From NCBI GenBank assembly GCA_973895155.1, contig OZ316897.1, forward strand, positions 12,895,375-12,959,374: a stretch of DNA of 64,000 bases, read 5' to 3'. Of this stretch, positions 13,406 through 24,641 are shown one piece after another (position 1 is the stretch's first letter; each line of letters begins with the position of its first letter). The translations under genes were made by a program, and so were the position numbers. This DNA comes from Marsupella aquatica (taxonomy: Eukaryota > Plantae > Marchantiophyta). The notes beneath the pieces are model-generated. The model was not told the origin of the DNA and made no database searches. It saw only the letters and a list, made by a program, of their open reading frames with translations.

Positions 13406-14567
13406 GAATGCAGCAGAGTCGACCGGCCAGCGTGGAAATTCCTTAGTTTCTTCACTCGCATTATGAGCAGTTGTAACTTTACAACTTTTTGGAATTTTGG
13501 CCACTGTTGTTGAAGCTCCGCTAAGCTCCGTTGGCACCTGCCGTGCTTGGGACATTGATTTGGCAATGCTGACGTAAAAGCCACCAGTGTGACGAGATCT
13601 CGTTCCTGACGGGGGCTGGAATGTTGGATCATTTATCCTTGTCTTGTCCAAACGCCCGCGCGTTAGATCTGGGTCCGATGAGAGGTCCCGAGGGGGCCAA
13701 TCAAGGAACCTTGGAGGGCAGGGTTCTGTAGCTGCTGCTTTTCGGGGAATTGATCGACCCATTGAGACAGATTTCTCACAGCACAGCGTGGTCTAGATTA
13801 GAGAATGCAAGTCTTCAGAGCGGGATCAATTCTCCACTAGCTCGGATATGGGTGCCGCCGATTCGGATTATTGTAGCCGAACACATCGACCTTTAAGACT
13901 CTGGATGGATTGCACTGAATAGTCCATCGCCCGGTGATTTTGCTTTCCATAGCTTTACCCGATTGCAACGGGTATTGAAGACTTTTAGATCTTTAGACCC
14001 AGGTGTGACTTACTCTCGAAGTGAAACAATAAACCGCATATTTAGGGATCTGACGCCTGCAGCAACAAACGAACAACCGACTAAGGTCAGTCTCCTCGTG
14101 GAAAATCGGACTACAATCATAAGGGCCAACTCGAATGTCAAAGCAGCCTTATGTTTTGCAGCCCTTTGCCCTCGCGACAGTTTCGTAAAAAGCCTATCTA
14201 CTCCTTTGAATATCAAACGTGTCATGTGTGCGGCTGAGGCTGAGTTCATAACTCAGCTTGCTTGCTTTACTGTATTAGTAAAAGCCCCGGATCTACAAGG
14301 GCAGGAAAGTTTCCTGCCCTTGCCTCGGAATGGAAGGAGAATGTGTCCTGTGTACGTGCGACTGGGTTCGGCTGAGTTCGTAAAGCTTTTCTGCTTTATT
14401 CGTCGATCAAAGCTCGGGCCCTGCAGAGTTTCCGGCCCTAGCCTTCGTAAATGCAAGGATCAAGAAACCTGACGAAGAACTTGGGCAATTCAAACTCAAC
14501 TTATTTAGTATCGGGTCGGCAGGAGATTCGGAATATCTGCTACTAATGTGGCTGCAATGGAAGATTC
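13406..14567 (+). repeat. ~1.15-kb direct repeat, copy 1
   Basis: Colinear with 16208-17256 (parallel spurious ORFs such as AAATEPCPP...DKTRINDPTF and SAAHMTRLIFKGVDRLF). Confidence 0.92.
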
Positions 14568-15479
14568 TACCAGGTGCCACCATTTCCATTCATGCCAAGA
14601 AGAACCTTGAAAGTGTCTTGAATGGAATCACTTGCACTCGATCGCTGGACTGGGCATAGACCACTAAACTGTAAACGACAAGGCCGGATCGAGAGTACGG
14701 AGACCGAGTGCTTTGTTTAGAATTTGATCACACCAATTCGATCAGTAGATTTCTCAAATTCGAGTCATGCTGGACAAGTATCGCGGCGCTGAATGTTGGC
14801 ACTTTCATGTACACTTTCCTGCTGCTCTCTTCATCTGACCATCATAGCTAACCGCTACTTGACTTGAATCTGGAAGTCCGTGAGTATTGCGCTCAGCTTC
14901 TACTTGACTTGAACCCCGGCCGTGCGTTGTTCGTTTTGCCCAGCTTCCGAATTGAGGTTCGGAGTTCGGGTCCAGCTGGATCATATATTTGACATACCTT
15001 GTAGACATTTGGAGAGCAAAACCACCGCGCTCAGCTCCCCTCACTTCTCCAAGAATGCTCAATTCTGACGCATGTCTGGACGTTTGATTCTACCCCACCG
15101 TCGTACAGGAGGACAGAATTAGCGCTGGGACACACTAGATTCGGGCCTTGCTATCAAGTTTACTCGAGCCTTTACATCCAGTTGATTATTGGTACCATTC
15201 TGGTTGTCCTTGACTTCCGTGTTGCTAGCCAGGACAGTACCGTAAAGATCTCCTGTCATTGTTTCCTTTGATGTGGTTACTTTCTTAAGGAATGAAGTCC
15301 AAAATGCTTATGTGAAGGACACAGATGTGTTCCGGAGACGACGTCTCTTTCCTGGCTTCCTAACTCTCCAAGGGCTAAAGAAAGTAAGCTCGCCCATCCC
15401 CACATGTTCCGCTGCTGCAGTTCAAGCACTGTCCCACTCCTCTAATCCGAACTTACCAACATACCTCTGTCCGATGCTT

Positions 15480-15940
15480 CTTTTGGCGATCCTAGTACAT
15501 CAGCCTCAATCATCTTAATAAGCTCTCCGACGGCCTGCTGAGTATACATGCAGCACCCCTCCAGCTGGAGGTTGCGATGCACCAGAGTAAAATGCGGAAT
15601 GAAGATGTCGTCACGTACGCCGCCCATGAGAATGCTCCGCCCTCCATGCTCGGAGAAAGATTCCCACTCCTAATGTGCGTCGACTTGGCAGCCTGCGCCG
15701 GAGAGATGTGGAAAAACACATCCGCCCAAAGCAGCTGCGCAAAGCGTTGGTCTGGGCTGGCCTCCACATCGCCTGTGATCTCCACGATCTTGAGCCGGGT
15801 GGGGTTTAGCACGCACAGCAAGCTTTTTCAAGACACAGGTATTACGTCCCATGGCTATAACCAGCGCAGCGACCACGGCACATCCACCGTAGGGTCCAGT
15901 TGCCAGAGCGAGGATGACCGTCTCCCCAGTCCAAACATGA
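15480..15940 (-). pseudogene. C-terminal (NAD(P)-binding) half of a medium-chain zinc-type alcohol dehydrogenase-like gene, frameshifted and resembling fungal members
   Basis: Three minus-strand frames join into GETVILALATGPYGGCAVVAAL..VIAMGRN..LNPTRLKIVEITGDVEA..DVFFHISPAQAAKSTHIRSG..MGGVRDDIFIPH..HRNLQLEG..MY..ELIKMIEADVL, the Rossmann region of MDR enzymes. Confidence 0.72.
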
Positions 15941-16207
15941 ATACTGATTTCACAGGGTGGCTCTACAAAACGTCTTGGCGCCATGGGGTCTACAATCTCG
16001 TGTTCATTGCTTTTTATTTGATTAAATCTGGATCATAGATTGAATATCATATCCCTCAGCCCACCGTAGGGAACCATCATTCGAGAAATGATTCCTAGGG
16101 ATTCGACACTGTACTTTAGGCCGCCATCGCCAACTCTCCCAAGGAGCTATTTCTCGTTCAGCACATGTCACTTCGCAAGCGGCACCTTCGCGAATTCCGC
16201 GTAAGTC

Positions 16208-17256
16208 GAATACAGCAGAGTCGACCAGCGTGGAAAATCCTTAGGTTCTTCACTCGCACTATGAACAGTTGTAACCTTAGAACGTTTTGGAATTTTGGCC
16301 ACTGGTGTTGAAACTCCGCCAAGCTCCGTTGGCACCTGCTGTGCTTGGGAACATTGATTTGGCAATGCTGACATAAAGGCCACCAGTGTGCAGAGATCTC
16401 CTTCCTGGCGGGGGCAGGAATGTTGGATCATTTATCCTTGTCTTGTCGAAGCGGGCGCGCGTTAGATCTGGGCCCGATGAGAGGTCCCGAGGGGGCCGAT
16501 CAAAGAAGCTTGGAGGACAGGGTTCTGTAGCTGCTGCTTCTCCGGGAATTGAACGACCCGTTGAGACAGATTTCTCACAGCACAACGTGGTCTAGAGTGG
16601 AGAATGCAAGTCTTCAGAGCGGGGGATCGATTCTCCACTAGGCCGGATGTGGCTGCCGCCCATCTGACCTTTAAGACGCTGGATGGATTGCGTTGAATAG
16701 TCCATCGCTGGGTGATTTTGCTTTCCATAGCTTTACCCAATTGCAATGGCTATTGAAAACTTTTAGATCTTTAGACTCAGGTGTGATCGGACTACAGTCA
16801 TAATTAAGGGCCAACTCGAATGTAAGAGGAGCCCTATGGTTTGCACCCCTTTGCCCTCGCGACAGTTTCGGAAAAAGCCTGTCTACTCCTTTGAATATCA
16901 AACGTGTCATGTGTGCGGCTGAGGCTGAGCTCATAACTCAGCTTGCTTGCTTTACTGTATTGGTAAAAGCTCGGGATCTGCAAGGGCAGGAAACTACTGC
17001 CCTTGCCTCGGAAATGGAAGGATAATGTGTCATGTGTGCCACTGAGTTCGGCTGAGTTCATAAAGCTTTTCTGCTTTATTCGTCTATCAAAGCTTGGGTC
17101 CTGCAGAGGGCCGGAAACTTTCCGGCCCTGGCCGTCAGAAACGTAAGTATCAAGAACGCTGAGGACGAACTTGGGCAATTCAAGCTACTTATTTAGGATC
17201 AGGGTCGACAAGAGATTCGGAATATCTGCTACTAATGCGACTGCAATGAAAGATTC
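16208..17256 (+). repeat. ~1.05-kb direct repeat, copy 2
   Basis: See 13406-14567; copy 2 lacks the ~110-bp segment at ~14010-14105 of copy 1. Confidence 0.92.
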
Positions 17257-17321
17257 CAGCCATCACATAAGCGAACGCTTCCGATCGAGCGTTAAAACTG
17301 TTTCCTCTTAAGATCATGTGG

Positions 17322-17531
17322 CACTACACCACATTGTATGTCACTACATTACATGATTAGTCACGGAAGTTCGTGATCTGATTGCTAATTACTCTTGCGG
17401 ACCACTAATCTGATCACAATTCTAGCAATTGTGATCAGCTTAGTGATCGTAATTAGGCTGATTAGTGACGAAATTAGTCTGATTAGTCTGCGAAATAATT
17501 AGTCACGTAATCAGGCGTAACTTAGTCACGG
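17322..17531 (+). mobile_element. Orphan CACTA/EnSpm-like terminus with subterminal repeats
   Basis: CACTACA at 17322 and 17342, followed by many ATTAGTCACG/ATTAGTGA-type repeats in both orientations; no partner end with a matching 3-bp TSD found. Confidence 0.55.
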
Positions 17532-18401
17532 AATTGTGAGTTCATGGCTTACATCTGCATTTCTCAGTTGGGATTCTTGGAGAGTAATCCTAATTGATTT
17601 CCCACTCTCCATAAAATTAAACTCCCTTTGCCAGATCCAAAGTAAGACTAATCTTCGCAAAATTTCTATTACGATATTCATCCAACTTTTTGAACATCGA
17701 ATTCGGTTTGAACGCTGAACGTTTGACACTACTTTGCTGCTGTAGCTGGGCAGCTCTAGAAGAAAACACTCTTGCGACATCCTGCAGACCTGCAAGGGCT
17801 GTATTCTACAACAGGATTGATATTTTGAGCCAGCCATCCATCGTAAGATATTGTCAGCTCCCTTGATTGGTCAAATTTACGGAGTTTCTTAGGAGGAATT
17901 TGATAAATTTGATAGGGCCAGTAGGATGACTCAGTTTTATTTAGTGTTCTTTTATATTTCTTTTTGAAAGAAACAGGGGCCACCCCTGATGCTTATTCCA
18001 CAAGGGGTGAGTCGGTAACCTCACAGCGAAAGGAAAGAACAATTCAGAATCGCAAAATGCCTCCTATTCCAAAGGGCCCAATGACGTATCGCAATGCAAA
18101 CCCAGAGCCAACCGGGGAAAAATCTCCACTGCGTCTACTTCTGTAAGCCGGTGTGACAGTTCTATCACAAGAATATGCTTAGTTCAGAGTGTCAACACTG
18201 AGAAACCAATGTTCAGGGAAATGAATCACCAGTATTAATGAGGAAACCATATCCTAAAAAAAAATGGACTGGGTGTAAGGATCATAGCAAAGAGATATCT
18301 AATTAGGATGAGATCTGTCAGGATCAGTCGAGTAGAGTTGTACTAAGGTCTGTCGAATGATGTAGTTTCATCAGTGTTTTTGTGGCTTCCTTCAGTGCCA
18401 C

Positions 18402-18612
18402 GACTTTAGCCAATTCTAGTGAAGTAATCTCAGTTTTACTCAGTTTTTCTCTTATGAAAAGTGGATTGTCTGAATGGATCAACCCAAAAGCAAACCTGTG
18501 GGAGGGTGAGAAAGACTTTAGCCAATTCTAGTGAAGTAATCTCAGTTTTCTCTTAAAGAAAAGTGGATTGTCTGAATGGATCAAACCAAAAGCAAACCTG
18601 TGGGAGGGTGAG
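18402..18612 (+). repeat. ~110-bp tandem duplication (2 copies)
   Basis: GACTTTAGCCAATTCTAGTGAAGTAATCTCAGTTTT...GCAAACCTGTGGGAGGGTGAGA twice. Confidence 0.85.
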
Positions 18613-20028
18613 AGAGACGCATCAAACTAATGTTGTTAGCAAACGTACGTGAGACTCAGATATCCCACGAGTTTAATATTTGTGCTGACTTGGTTGAGGC
18701 GTTGTATGTCGTCAGGTGAAGAAGACTCCGAAGGCTGTCAGTGAACATGGATCCAAACGTTTTGAGTGTGCTACTCAATATCCTGTCCGCTTGTATCTTT
18801 GAGGGCCTCAAGCCCGTCTTGGTATGGGTTCTTGCGAACTACATGATGATGTGGTTCGCAGGATTTAGAGAGTTATTCGGTCCTCTATTAGACAGGGAAG
18901 GACCTCAAGCGCAGCCAAGAGGTGCTCAAGGGCAGCCAGGAGAGTTTCAAGAGCAGCCAGGAGAAGCTCAAGAGCAGCCAGGAGAGCAAATAGGAGAGCC
19001 TTAATTAAGAGTATACCCAAGAAGAACGTGGACCAATTTAACACGGCAAACCAGAAATTAAGTTACAACATTGACTGGTCAATGATTACTTTCATATAGA
19101 TTTGTGTTCTTGGAAACTAGACGACTTTTGATGGCTAGTCTGCGGACATGCAAGAGGGCAGCCCAAAGTTAGATCAAAGATGGATGTCTCCTTTAGTTGA
19201 GATATAAGAGTTGGCGGTCTCATCGTGTGTTTTCTAGCTTCCAATTGGCCTTGGTAGAAGGTGTCGATGGACAAGGATTTTACAAACTTCTCGATCTATT
19301 GAGATCTAGCTGCCTGCTGAGTTCCAAAGACTTGTTTGCGACACATATCAGGTTTAAATTAATTCTCCGTCGTAATAAAAGAAAGGACATTGTTGAAAAC
19401 TTGGCAGATCGATCGGCAACTGCAAACTAATCCAGTCGGGAAAATTATGCAATCCTCAATGTAGCGATCAATAGTACATCTTCTCACTATCAGTCTATTC
19501 ATTAAAACTGGAAAATTCTTTGATCTTTGGACATTTAGGCACCAAAAATATATATATTTGGGCACAAAAATTGTACATTTGGGTAGTGGGAGTTGTACAT
19601 TTGGGCACAGATGTTGTACATTTGGGGGATCAAGATTATACATAGAAGAAAATGAAATATTAATTTGGATTCTAAAGAAAAACATTTGGATGATAATAAT
19701 GTAAAATATGTTGGATAAGAAGTAGAACTTACTTACATTGATTCAATTTGACTAATAGAATATAAGTGTCTAGTAAAGCTTCAATATGATCTCTACCCAT
19801 ATAACTAGTAAAGCTTCAAATAATATGATCTTAATCTACCCCTATACTAGTAAAGTTTCAATATGATCTCTACCCTTAGCTAGCTAAATTAACCTTCTAC
19901 TTAGTTACTAATTGAGAGCATTTAATATATTAAATTTGAATGATACCTGGCTTACAATCCATTCAGACAAGTAATTTGTTACATTCTAAGCAACTCGAGT
20001 TGAAACTAAGGTTTACTAGTAGACAGTA

Positions 20029-23000
20029 CTAAGAAGCACTCACATCCTGACCAATGGACCTTCCGGTTGGAGGGTACCAAGGTTGTTTCACATGTGCTTT
20101 GTATTGATATATTGGAACATTATCTCTCATAGAGAAAAGAAATGCCACTGGTTTTGAGTGACCCTCTATGTCTTTTACCTTGAAAGTTTTCAAAAACTCT
20201 TTGTAAGCTGCAACCTCTTGGATCAACCGTGGGACAGGATGAATGCTTTCACACTCCCAAACCTCAGCCATCAACCCCAAGAGGGTAGAAACCTCCTTGT
20301 ACTTCACTTGGTTGGATACTTTTGAAAACAATGCATCAACATCCTCATGGGTGTGACCAACCATGAGAAACGACATCTGCATTGTTTCAAAAACCCCTCT
20401 ACTAACAAGCTCACTGCCTCGAGGGTTTCACTTCCAAAAAATTGGCATATATCACGTGCGACGAAGGATAGGGTCATTTTATTGGTTGTAAGGGAAGACT
20501 TAAGAATTTTTGTAGAAGAACAATAGGGTCTTTTAAATTCAATTTTGAGACTTATAAGAACATTAGGGCCTTTTTAATCCAATTTTATAGGGGTTAAAAA
20601 ATAATATTTTTTTTCTTACATTTTAGGGGGTCCAAGGCCTAAAAACGTCGTAGGTGATGGGGAGGTCCCCATGTAGTGAGACCCCCGAGCTCACTGCAAA
20701 ATGCCATCACGTACTGGTTTTTGTTATCTTTCCCTGAATTATCCATTCGCAAGGTCAGGTGCCTTGGCAATGGTTTGAAAGAGGTAGATGTAGCCTTGGG
20801 ATCAACACCAAAGTAGTATTGGTCATCTTCAGCTCCTTGAAATCTAGCAATTGAGACTTTTTTGGGTTCTAAGTAACCTGCGAGAAATGCTTCAAAGTCC
20901 AAAAGAGATTGAAAAATTGGCCTCGTTGCAGCCCAATATAATCCTTCAAGGAGGTCTCCAGATTTGTCCCCCTTGTAATCCTCCAGATCTCTAAGGCAGT
21001 TGGCCAATGATGTCACTGTGAAGTCTGCATCTCCCGGCCAAAGCCCAGTGAAACTGAAGTGAGCATACACTCCGGGATCCCTTCCATGGGTCAACATCCC
21101 AATGAGCGCAATGGGGAGCGGTTGACCACTACCAGACAATGATTTAAGAGTGGGGACCAACCTAGGGATCCATGTCTTGGCCTGGTCCATCTTGTCATGT
21201 ATAATGCAAAGATAGTTCTCAGGATCCTTCTTCGCAAGAACCCTATGAGCATAGTAAACATATCTCCTAGACATTTGCTCACGAAGATGGCGAGCTCTTC
21301 TTTCCTCAATCTCCAAACGCTCTTTCTTTCTCTTCTCCCGCATCAACTGATCTTTGAACTCAGTGCAAAGTGTACACTTTGCAAATGCACTTCCCTTGTG
21401 AAAGTCAAAATTCATGAAGGACTCACTCCAGAGTTTATACATAGTGTTTTCACTCACCTTCACGTAGCCATCTAATTCCATTTTTGAGTATACCTCCTCA
21501 AAAATCTCTTTCTTCGTGAAACAAGATGGAAGTCTGTACTCAACCGTGTCAGTCCCGTGAGACCCTCCATAGGGAAGATGTGGCATGGGTTCTCCGTTTT
21601 GGGTTAGAATGGACTCCAACAAAGCACGAGCATGCAAGGTGCTTCCCCGTGTCTTGTGTGAACCCTTGTTTCCGTGGAATCCAACAGTGCAACCTGCTTC
21701 ATATTGATTTTTGTAATCATAATACTTGGCAGTGCTGAATCCATGCATTTTAATAAATGCACCCTTGCAAACAAGTCTACTTCTTACAACAAAATATCCT
21801 TTTGTCTCCACTTCCTTCTCCCTACAGCCAAAAAGAGTGAGAATGTGACTAGTTTTGTTGTCGCTTGACATCCCATGGTATTCCCTCCTTATCGCCTGTA
21901 GGTCTTCTCTCGGCATGCTGAGGCAACACTTCAACTTACAACAACCTTCTCTTTGGATGGAGTCGATTTCCTCCTCTGTGATTTTCAGTATCGCCCGAGA
22001 CTCCAAGTGCTTCTTCCTTTTTTCATCTGGGTTGACCTTCGTTCTCTTGATGAAATTATACGGGCGCTTCGAAAACTCAGTGTCACCTTTCATATCTACC
22101 TCTAGATGATCTCGACCATCAATAATTGGTTTTGGAGAAACCTCTTCAATGAGATCCAGAAGAAAAATACCCCTTGATATCAGCAGAAGTGAACGGACGG
22201 CCCACCTTACAAGACCAGGCACTCTTGGGGAGATATTTGGGAAAAATAGAGGGTCATTCACGCGTGTGACAGCAACCCCAACGTGATCTGGTCCAAGAAC
22301 ATCATCATCAATTGCACCTGATTCGAAAGGAACTGTGATGATGCCAACCCCCACTTTGGTCCGATTATCCTCAGCATACAATTCCACCTCCTCGGTCATC
22401 CAATTAGAACGCAAACTATAATCCTTGAAATTATAATTTGAAAAAACATCCCGTGTGGACAGGTCGTTTAGCATATCCTGGGAAGAACTCCTCCGAGTAA
22501 CATCCTTTAAATTCTAGAATACAAAAGTGTCCAATGCTTCCTGAACGGTATCGGCTCCATTGTGAGGAAAGGGTAACCTCTCCCTTCCTTGAAAAACTTC
22601 ACATATTTTCACACTAATCCTAGAAGTGCCAAGTCTTTCATTGTGACAGGTCTCATCGGGATTCGTCTTGAACACAAATCCACGAGCCACAATCTGATTG
22701 TCGATCCAGAGCTCAACTTCATCGCCAGATATAATCGAGTCTCCAAAACTTCCCACCGAAGATTTGTCTGGTACAAAACCGGGAACCGTATCCTTTGTAG
22801 AACAAGAGGCATCCATTTGTGTTGTCGCTGGAGTTGACTGTGACTTCAAATATGCAAAACAGGCATCCCAAATAATGCAGGAGTCGACAGCATCAAAGAG
22901 GGTCCTGATCGACGGCAAAGGGTAAGGAATTTCCCGTGATCCCTCATAGCACTTCTCAATGAGAACTCCTATATGATTACTTCCCAAATCAACATTACGC

Positions 23001-23098
23001 ACTGAGTCACCCGGGTCAACCTTGAGGACGGTCCCGCAAGCAACTTCCACTCCGTCGATTACGAGGCAAACCTTGTCCCCTCGAAAGAAAATCCCCAT
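20029..23098 (-). pseudogene. Element A transposase (DDD, DUF7869/Sola-like) with three N-terminal Tnp1/En-Spm-like repeats; one in-frame stop (22514-22516) and a MITE insertion
   Basis: ATG at 23098; same frame through TAG 22514; CC..C..VC..F motif; FAKCTLCTEFK; IIHDKMDQ; RMDNSGKDNKN; removing the MITE and one TSD restores AFCSELVSRGVFETMQMSFLMVGHTHEDVDALFS; possible GTGAGT donor near 20043. Confidence 0.88.
20418..20689. mobile_element. 272-bp MITE with 15-bp TIRs and 8-bp TSD
   Basis: CTCGAGGGTTTCACT vs reverse complement CTCGGGGGTCTCACT (13/15); TSD CTCACTGC at 20410-20417 and 20690-20697; excision restores the ORF. Confidence 0.93.
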
Positions 23099-23134
23099 TT
23101 TGAAAACGTGGTCCAAACTGTTGGATGTAGTTAC

Positions 23135-23572
23135 CTCGAGATTATCTCGAGGTAAAGTGACTACAAAAACAAACCAAAAAACCCAAGTGTAGAAGTTTAT
23201 CCCACAAAATTGTGTGATAGAGAAAATAAGAAACTCTTCTACCTCGAGACGATCTTGAGGTAGAAGAGGGACAAAAAACTCCAATATGTAAAAATTCAGA
23301 AGTATTTAGCTCGAGACGATCTCGAGGTAAAATATGAAATCTCACTGAATAGCGAATTCAGATTCTATACCTCCGACTCTCTACAAACTCAATTATAAGA
23401 AGGAAAACCGAATGCACCATTAGAAGGAAGGCAAAAGTGAATAAGTTTGAGGATCAAACTTATGACTCGAGATGATCTCGAGCCAAAAAGGACATTGTAT
23501 TTGACAAAGAAACTATTATGAATAATAAGCCACCCAAAATAAGAGCATATAATGGCTCTAGATGATCTAGAG
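23135..23572. promoter_or_regulatory. Cluster of A-type palindromes CTCGAGA-N3-TCTCGAG upstream of the A transposase
   Basis: Copies at 23135, 23243, 23310, 23466 and 23556; function inferred only. Confidence 0.6.
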
Positions 23573-24641
23573 GAATGATTTGGTGCAATTAAGAAAGTAG
23601 AACACGATTTTGGACCGAACGAGAACTATTTCCTCTAAACGAGAAGTGTATTTTCATTTTCCGCCGAATCTCGCGAAATCGGAAGTTTTTTTCATCAAAA
23701 ATGCGTTTTTGGGGAAATAATGTAATTCGTATCGGAGTTCGGATTGAAACAGCAAATTTAATAATGATCAAAACCAATGAAATTTATGCTAACAAACATT
23801 CATATTATCAAGGAACAATTAGATCCGAAAAACTTTCTCCTCGACCTCATATTCACGCTCTCCGAATATATATGAAAGGTCTTATCCATATCCATGTTTC
23901 GAGCCAAGTGCGATAACTGTATCGGACTCCGGATTTGAGCCACGAAAACTCCGACCCAATCTCAGGTTTTTTAGTTTTTGGATATTTACCAAAAATATTT
24001 TACATCACAATCGATAAGAATTACTGCACGGTTCGTCAAACTTACCTTGTAGTTACCTCCGCAATTGACTAGTTACCTCGGCAAGTGACCATAGTCAACA
24101 TGTCATTCTTTCAACAGCAATGCGCAGTCCAATAAAATTATCGCGAAAACTACGGGCGACAAAAATACTAGTCGACAATACTAAGATCCTTCGGTTCATC
24201 GGTTAAATTTCAAAATTCCTATCCATATGAAGAAAACTCTTCGCAATACCAACATCAGATAAATTTATCGCTTCAATTTCAAAATTGCAACTTCCATATG
24301 AAGGAACCACTTTTGCAATACCAACATCAGATAAATTTATCGCTTCAATTTCAAAACTATATAATTTTGCCATGATGCACGTGTGAGAATGAAATTGGAA
24401 ATCCAAGAAATATACCCTTTTCTGCTATTTTGTCGTTTAGGGTGACAACCAATCAAAAGTGGACACGTGGGCCAACCCCTCAATAGACACTATAAAAGGG
24501 CCACCGCCGATAAGTTTTTGGCGTCATTATCGAGAGTAGAGTTTTGGGAGTTGTGTTCTTGGAGCAACATTCTGTCCGTTGAGCCTTTCATTTTCCCTGA
24601 TTGTGGGAGGAATGCAAAGCCCCATAGTGTCTCGGATAGCC

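Noticed and set aside
13351-14472. ORFs within the 1.1-kb direct repeats
   Set aside because: Frames are not preserved between the two copies and no domain is recognisable.
18741-19004. 87-aa ORF with QPGE repeats
   Set aside because: Openness is explained by a 21-bp repeat; no other support.
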